64,000 nucleotides of DNA, from positions 596,554-660,553 of the forward strand of contig NIVC01000350.1 of assembly GCA_002269645.1 (NCBI GenBank). The letters run 5' to 3'. The position numbers and the translations under genes are program-made. This document shows, in pieces, positions 50,301-64,000 of the stretch. The DNA comes from Macrostomum lignano. Lineage: Eukaryota. Each line of letters begins with the position of its first letter. Within the stretch, counting starts at the first letter, position 1. Under the pieces are notes generated by a model that was not told the DNA's origin, searched no databases, and worked only from the letters and a program-made list of their open reading frames with translations.

Positions 50301-53300
50301 GGTCTATTTACAGCTCACCACAGACGCCCTCTTCATCCCAGTCTCCTCAGACTTCGTCTGTCCCAGTGAGACCCGCGACTGCCGTCTCACACCTCTCACA
50401 GAAGCAGCCAGCAGAAAAAAATTGCTGCAAGGCTTAAGCGTCTATTAGAGGAGTCCAGTTTCTCGCCCCTCATTAGCGGCGACCTCTAGGCAGATTCTTC
50501 CACCCTTGCTGGGCCACAGTCTCCCGGATCCAGCCAGAGAGCATTGAAAACAGATCGCCTGGTAGACTCGCGCAGACGGTTGCTTGCAGAACATAAAGCC
50601 GCGACCAAGGCAGAACTCGCATTGTTTAATACTTGGTGAGTAGAATGCACTCTTGAGCTTTCAATAATCCTTACAATCCATCTCACCGACTTATCTATTC
50701 AGGGATTTAAATGTTGAAGCAAGGTTTTGTGCTAAAAATGTTTTGGCTAGAAAAGTTGACTACAAAAGCCACTGGTCGCCCAACGCATGTAGGAAGTAGA
50801 GAGAAACCCAGCGAACCGGGTAGGACTTTTAAAATAGAAAGTGTATCCTTGAAAGAGGCAGAGAGGGATCTTACTCGTTTACTCTCTCTTTCTCAGTTAA
50901 GCTCCTACTCGTGTGCCAACTGGGTCTACAGGCTCAACCCTCCTCCACGCGGGTCCCATGCAGTCCCAGTGCGAATCCCAGGGCTAATCCTCGTAGCCAT
51001 TCAAAAGCAAAGAAAGAATTCTCAGCAGAACACCGATAGCAGGCAAGCTGAGCGCAACTAAAAACATGCAGTGCGAGCTTATTTTTCATGGTAGCTGCTG
51101 GCATCAAACTGACTAGATGGCGCTTGACGCATCAGATACATACATGCTCGGCGGTAGGTAAACAAAGTTTTTTGTGTAGAAATTAAAAATCTGGAATAGG
51201 AACACCGTTGGAAAGAAATTAGGCCAAAATAGTGAAGTGCTTAAATGCTGAACTATAGCTTCCATAGCATTTGCATGAGCTTGCAAAGCGCCACTGGCCG
51301 ATGCTCTTAATGTACTAACGCTCGAGACTCCATTGAGCTCGGCCTCTTCCTGTCCCAGCTAGCGGCTCTCGCACGCATGGCAACAAAGTAGCCCGCCGAA
51401 GGAATGAGTTATTCTGTAGAAGCTAAACTTGGAAGAGAAGCGAAAGCCAGGGAGCGGAAGACAATTCTAGTGTGTCTGCTACTTCTTGGGTTCAGTCAAT
51501 TTTTTAAAAAAACTGCACCTGCATTGAGAAAAGAGAATTAAGAAAAGCTCCGCAGAGAGTTGAGTAAGCAAAGGAAGCGAAAAAGACTCGAGACGTCGGG
51601 TGCCCCAGCGCCCTGATCGATACACGCCACACCAGGAGCCAAGATTTACCCTATGTAGAATCAGTGAGTAATGACTGCACGCCTGCAGGACCCTGCGAGT
51701 ATCCTCGCTCCTCCAAAGCCGCTTTGAAGAGAGAAAGTTTAAGTCCGCAGGGTTTGCTCTGAGGGTCATACAGTTTAGATTGGCTTTGCTGCTCTGTCGC
51801 GGCTTCTCCGAACGCTCCCCCCTCCGATTTTCTGGGTTGAAGAGTTTCAGATAGATGAGCGAGGCCAAGGTAAAGCCAAAATCAGTCGATAACTCATTAC
51901 TGTGAGAGTGCGGACAGCAGCGCTAAGTCTACGGGACGTGCAAGCCAGTCTTCCTTTTTCTGCTCCTTCAGCTCCTCGCCGTGAAACGGTTTCCCTCTAT
52001 GCTGGAACATTGGCTGGTGGTAAAGTTAAAGCAGGTTTTCTGGATAGAGATAGACAATGGATAGAGACGGACAGCAGGCGGCAACAGTCGCTCCGGACCT
52101 TAAGGTCTAAGCGCCGATGTAGACAGACCCGTGCCCGTCCATCTTATTTGTTGGCAAACAATCCCAGAGAGTAATTCCAGCTGGATCTAACGCTCTAAAA
52201 AGTGCATTCAACGAAGTCGTGGTTGGTCCCGTGGGTCTCAAAAATGCGGTCCCAAATTATTCGCAGTATCGGCGCAGTTTTGCATTTAGTAAAGTTTGTT
52301 AAAACAAACCGTCAGTCCAGGTGCAATCAGCTGCTATAAAGGGGTTTATGCAGACAGCTGTTGCTGCATGCAGTGATGCTACCGTGCACTATAGGTTGCT
52401 GGGCGGAAACTGTCTCGGTGGGAGGGACCCTCCCGGGGGTATCCTGCCTGTAGCATCCCCTTCCCTCCTCCCACCTGCCGCCGCGTCCTCCAGAAAAGGC
52501 TGAAAAAGTCAGCGTTGGAATTCAGCGCCCCCCCCCCTCTGCGCGCAGATGCTGGCTTGGCCTGACAAACATGTGGGGCTAGCTTGGAACATCAGCAACA
52601 GCCCAGAGAGAAAGGGACCTCATTAAGCCTTCATCATGCGGAGCTGCTGCAGCATCTCCATTTTCTCCTTCCCAACTCTGCGCGCCTCCATCTGCAGCTT
52701 TTTTAATAATGCTTCATCCGTTATTCATCCAACAGGCCTTGATGGGTTTCCCTTCTGGCGCTGGCTTCCTCGCCATCTCTATCTCTATACCAATGTGTTT
52801 TTTTTCAACTCCATTGCAATGCCAGCACAGTGAAGTCCAGACAGTTTTCATCGGCTATTAGGGTGCTTGTATAATTTCCTCATGACTTGATGCCGAGTTG
52901 GCGGATTTACAGTGCATAAAATTTCTCACTCTGTGCATTGGCTACGGTGCATTGTTGCAGCAGAATTCGCGTCTCTCTCTCTACCTCTTCTACCTTACCG
53001 TATAATAATTGCCCATGATGCTGTCTCGGACCCTGCCGCTGCTAATGACGCCAGCGCTGCAATCCACTCTCCCCGCAAGCTGCAAGGGGCCAGCGGCAAG
53101 CCTATTTCCCCCTTGTGTCAATGTTTGAAATTGACCGGCGGCACCCGTTAGCCGCCCCTCACGCTCCCCACTTTTCACCCTAGGCCGCGCCAATGCACCG
53201 CCCAAAAAAACTGGGAAGCCTCGGCGGAGGCTAATTCTTGTTCTCGACTCCCGGGCAGCTGTGGCCAACTCTCTCCTGCCTTGCTGCATGGAATGAGACA

Positions 53301-54608
53301 GAGGGGGGAGGCGCACACGCATTATCAGCATCGCGTGGCGGTTCAGGTCTGCTGCCGGCTGCCGCTGGCAAAGACGGAAAAAAGACAGGAAATGGAGGAG
53401 TGGAACTTTAGAGAGAAAAAATGGGTGACTGCATGGCTGGCCGCAGGAATGGGATTTTTTGGCGACTTTAGGGCTTCGAGATTCCCCAGTCTCTCTCCGG
53501 CTGTCTGTCGGCTCTACCAGCACAGATGGGGGCCCATTTTTCTGCTTTTCCACAAGGCCTGACATTGATGTCTCTGCAGAAGGCATTCTATCTGTGCGCT
53601 GATTTATAGCCGTGGCCCATGCAAGCTTGACGAGCATGTTATGACTGAGTCACCCCACGTCCAGGTTTCTTTTCCACTCCGTCTACAGTTGCCAGTGAAA
53701 ATTTGATTTTTACAATTTCTCAAACTGAGCGGATGGGAAGGTACAGCAGGGCCACCCGGCACGTACTGTGGGCTTTCAATTGAAAAATAAATCGCTCTCA
53801 CTGAAGCGGGCGGGTGGGAGAAAAAACTGCAGAGACACACCAGAGACACTGACGCATGAAAGGAACTGAAACCAGATGGTTGGAATTGGATTTCTCAGCA
53901 ATGCAGGTGGGACAAACGAGGTGAGACAACTCTGTCCATTGCCAGACTCACACAGGGAGCCTTCATCTAGTATAGATTGGGTTAACTATACCAATGAGCG
54001 CATTTTTTCACTCTAACTCTGTGAATGTCTTTCCTGCCCCATCATGTCCGGCGTCTCTTCCCAACTCCCAAGCAGATCCTCTCTCCCCATAAGCAGGGAC
54101 AAAGATGCATTGACGCTGAGTTGGAACTTGAGAGTAGATGTCTGAGGGTGCCCCGCACGCACCGCTTTCCTCAATTATTCATCGGGCAATTTCCTGTACA
54201 AGGAGGACTCGGCTGGGCTGCAATCAGCAGCCGCCCTTCAAGCCGGGAGCCCCCATCGCCCCCTCAGGTCCCCCTGTATGCCTTCTCTTCTCTGTATTTG
54301 TATTTCATCAGTCAAGGGTCATGTGTCCTGCTGTTGAGGCTTTGAGCAGGGATCTGTTGCGTCTCCCACTCCCACTTTCTCTCCTCGCTTTCGCAAGCTC
54401 TTCCACTCCTCCCTAAGCCCGTACTTTCTGGTCGTAGTGTTGAATTCATTGGATCGGTAGGCGCCGTGCATTGCGGATATTGTGTTGCTTTAAAAATCTC
54501 CCCACCTCCAGAGAGATATCAAGTTTCAAACACTCCAAAGCTTTTTATGGTCTTGACAAGAGAAAAGTATAACAAAGAAAACTTTTGCAATCTTCACCAT
54601 GCGTCTGA

Positions 54609-62908
<8,300 letters not shown>

Positions 62909-64000
62909 GTTAGCAAAAATTCCCTGGCTTCCATTCTGACTCTGAGCCATAGGAACTAAATTAGGGTCGCTTTCATAGTGGACCGCGCTGTGGATTTTGG
63001 TCTTATGAAGCCTTTCCCCTCCTCCCTTAGGTGCTAAAAACGGAAAATTTCTGTCTCGCAATGTACGAAGATCGCATGAGTGCTTTTTACCATAGACACG
63101 CCGCTCGTTAGCGTTCAAGAATCTCGTTCCTAAATTGATTCTATTGAAAGCATAGGCCATGAAGTTCAACCATAGACAAAATCAATCCTGCACGCTGGAA
63201 TGGGTGAGGGGGAGGGGTGATCAGAGGGAGGAGGGATAGGAGATTACAACTGAATGCTAGTTGTCACCATAGATCTTATACTCTTATGATCTTTGGGTGT
63301 CACTATAAAAACAAAAAACTAAATTTCAATCCTGCAGCCATCGGAAACTCAAGTAGAAGGACGGGGAAACAAAATTTCTAGGACTTTTTTGCAGGCAGGT
63401 ATTGTCGAAAAATGCATGGCAAAAATAGTATTCATTTTTCAGCAGAAAATTTGTATAAATTGCTTCTGATAAAAGGCAGACCCAATGTTAATCTTTTGAT
63501 ATGACTTTCTTTTTATAAAACAAATAAACAATTGTGCCACTTTAATGATTTTTACGCGCAGGACACGTACCTGGGATACAAAATAACATAGAGTCCAAAT
63601 TTTCTAAACAAAAAAGCCCTTTACCTGCACCTACATTGCATTAGACTAAAGGAGGTTTTGCCATAGACAAAAATCAGTTCCGCACGCAGAGTCAAATAAG
63701 AATGCCGGCCGGTTGGAGCGAAAATCGGCTTCCAATTTTCGCACGAATTCTGAGTGCAGCATCCCTCTGCTACAGAAGCTTAATTGTCCATGATCTGAGC
63801 TGCTTAAAGTACATATATTATGAATACGGCGATTGTTAAGACGGCAAGCAAAGGCCCAGTAATAAGACGACAGGTTGATCGCATCAACACAGTCAGTTTA
63901 TAGCTCGTACTATAGACTTCCAGTGCCCCGCCAAGCCACGCCAACGGATCGCATGCAGTTTACAATTTCCTTTTTTGCAGTCTCGTTTTCCTGGCGTTAA

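Noticed and set aside
48900-54600. Many short ORFs upstream of ELAV
   Set aside because: No domain similarity, no consistent strand or splice structure; most likely regulatory or 5' intronic DNA.

Overview
Eukaryotic animal genomic DNA with spliceosomal introns, GC3-rich poly-Ala/poly-Gln coding exons and many minisatellites. The style suggests a free-living flatworm such as Macrostomum, but that is an inference only. Five host genes are supported: FoxD (minus strand, runs off the window start); a divergent SRF/MADS-box gene whose intron holds an intact D,D34D mariner; a secreted, Arg-rich tandem-vWA (hemicentin-type) protein built de novo from 7 exons; an intronless TRF2/TBPL1-like gene; and ELAV/Hu (3 exons visible, RRM3 beyond the window). 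Between the genes are satellites, two tRNA-derived SINEs, two 9-bp-TSD Mutator-type elements, a nested MITE, a foldback element, two remnants of one LTR-retrotransposon family, a decayed mariner and a LINE tail. The most striking pattern is in the CpG-poor, TpA-rich blocks of old transposon DNA. Independent internal controls (TIR vs TIR, relic vs mariner consensus motifs, LTR vs related LTR) show mostly C->T/G->A transitions, many in CpA/TpG context. This resembles fungal RIP-type hypermutation. Coordinates were read by eye; counts are manual.
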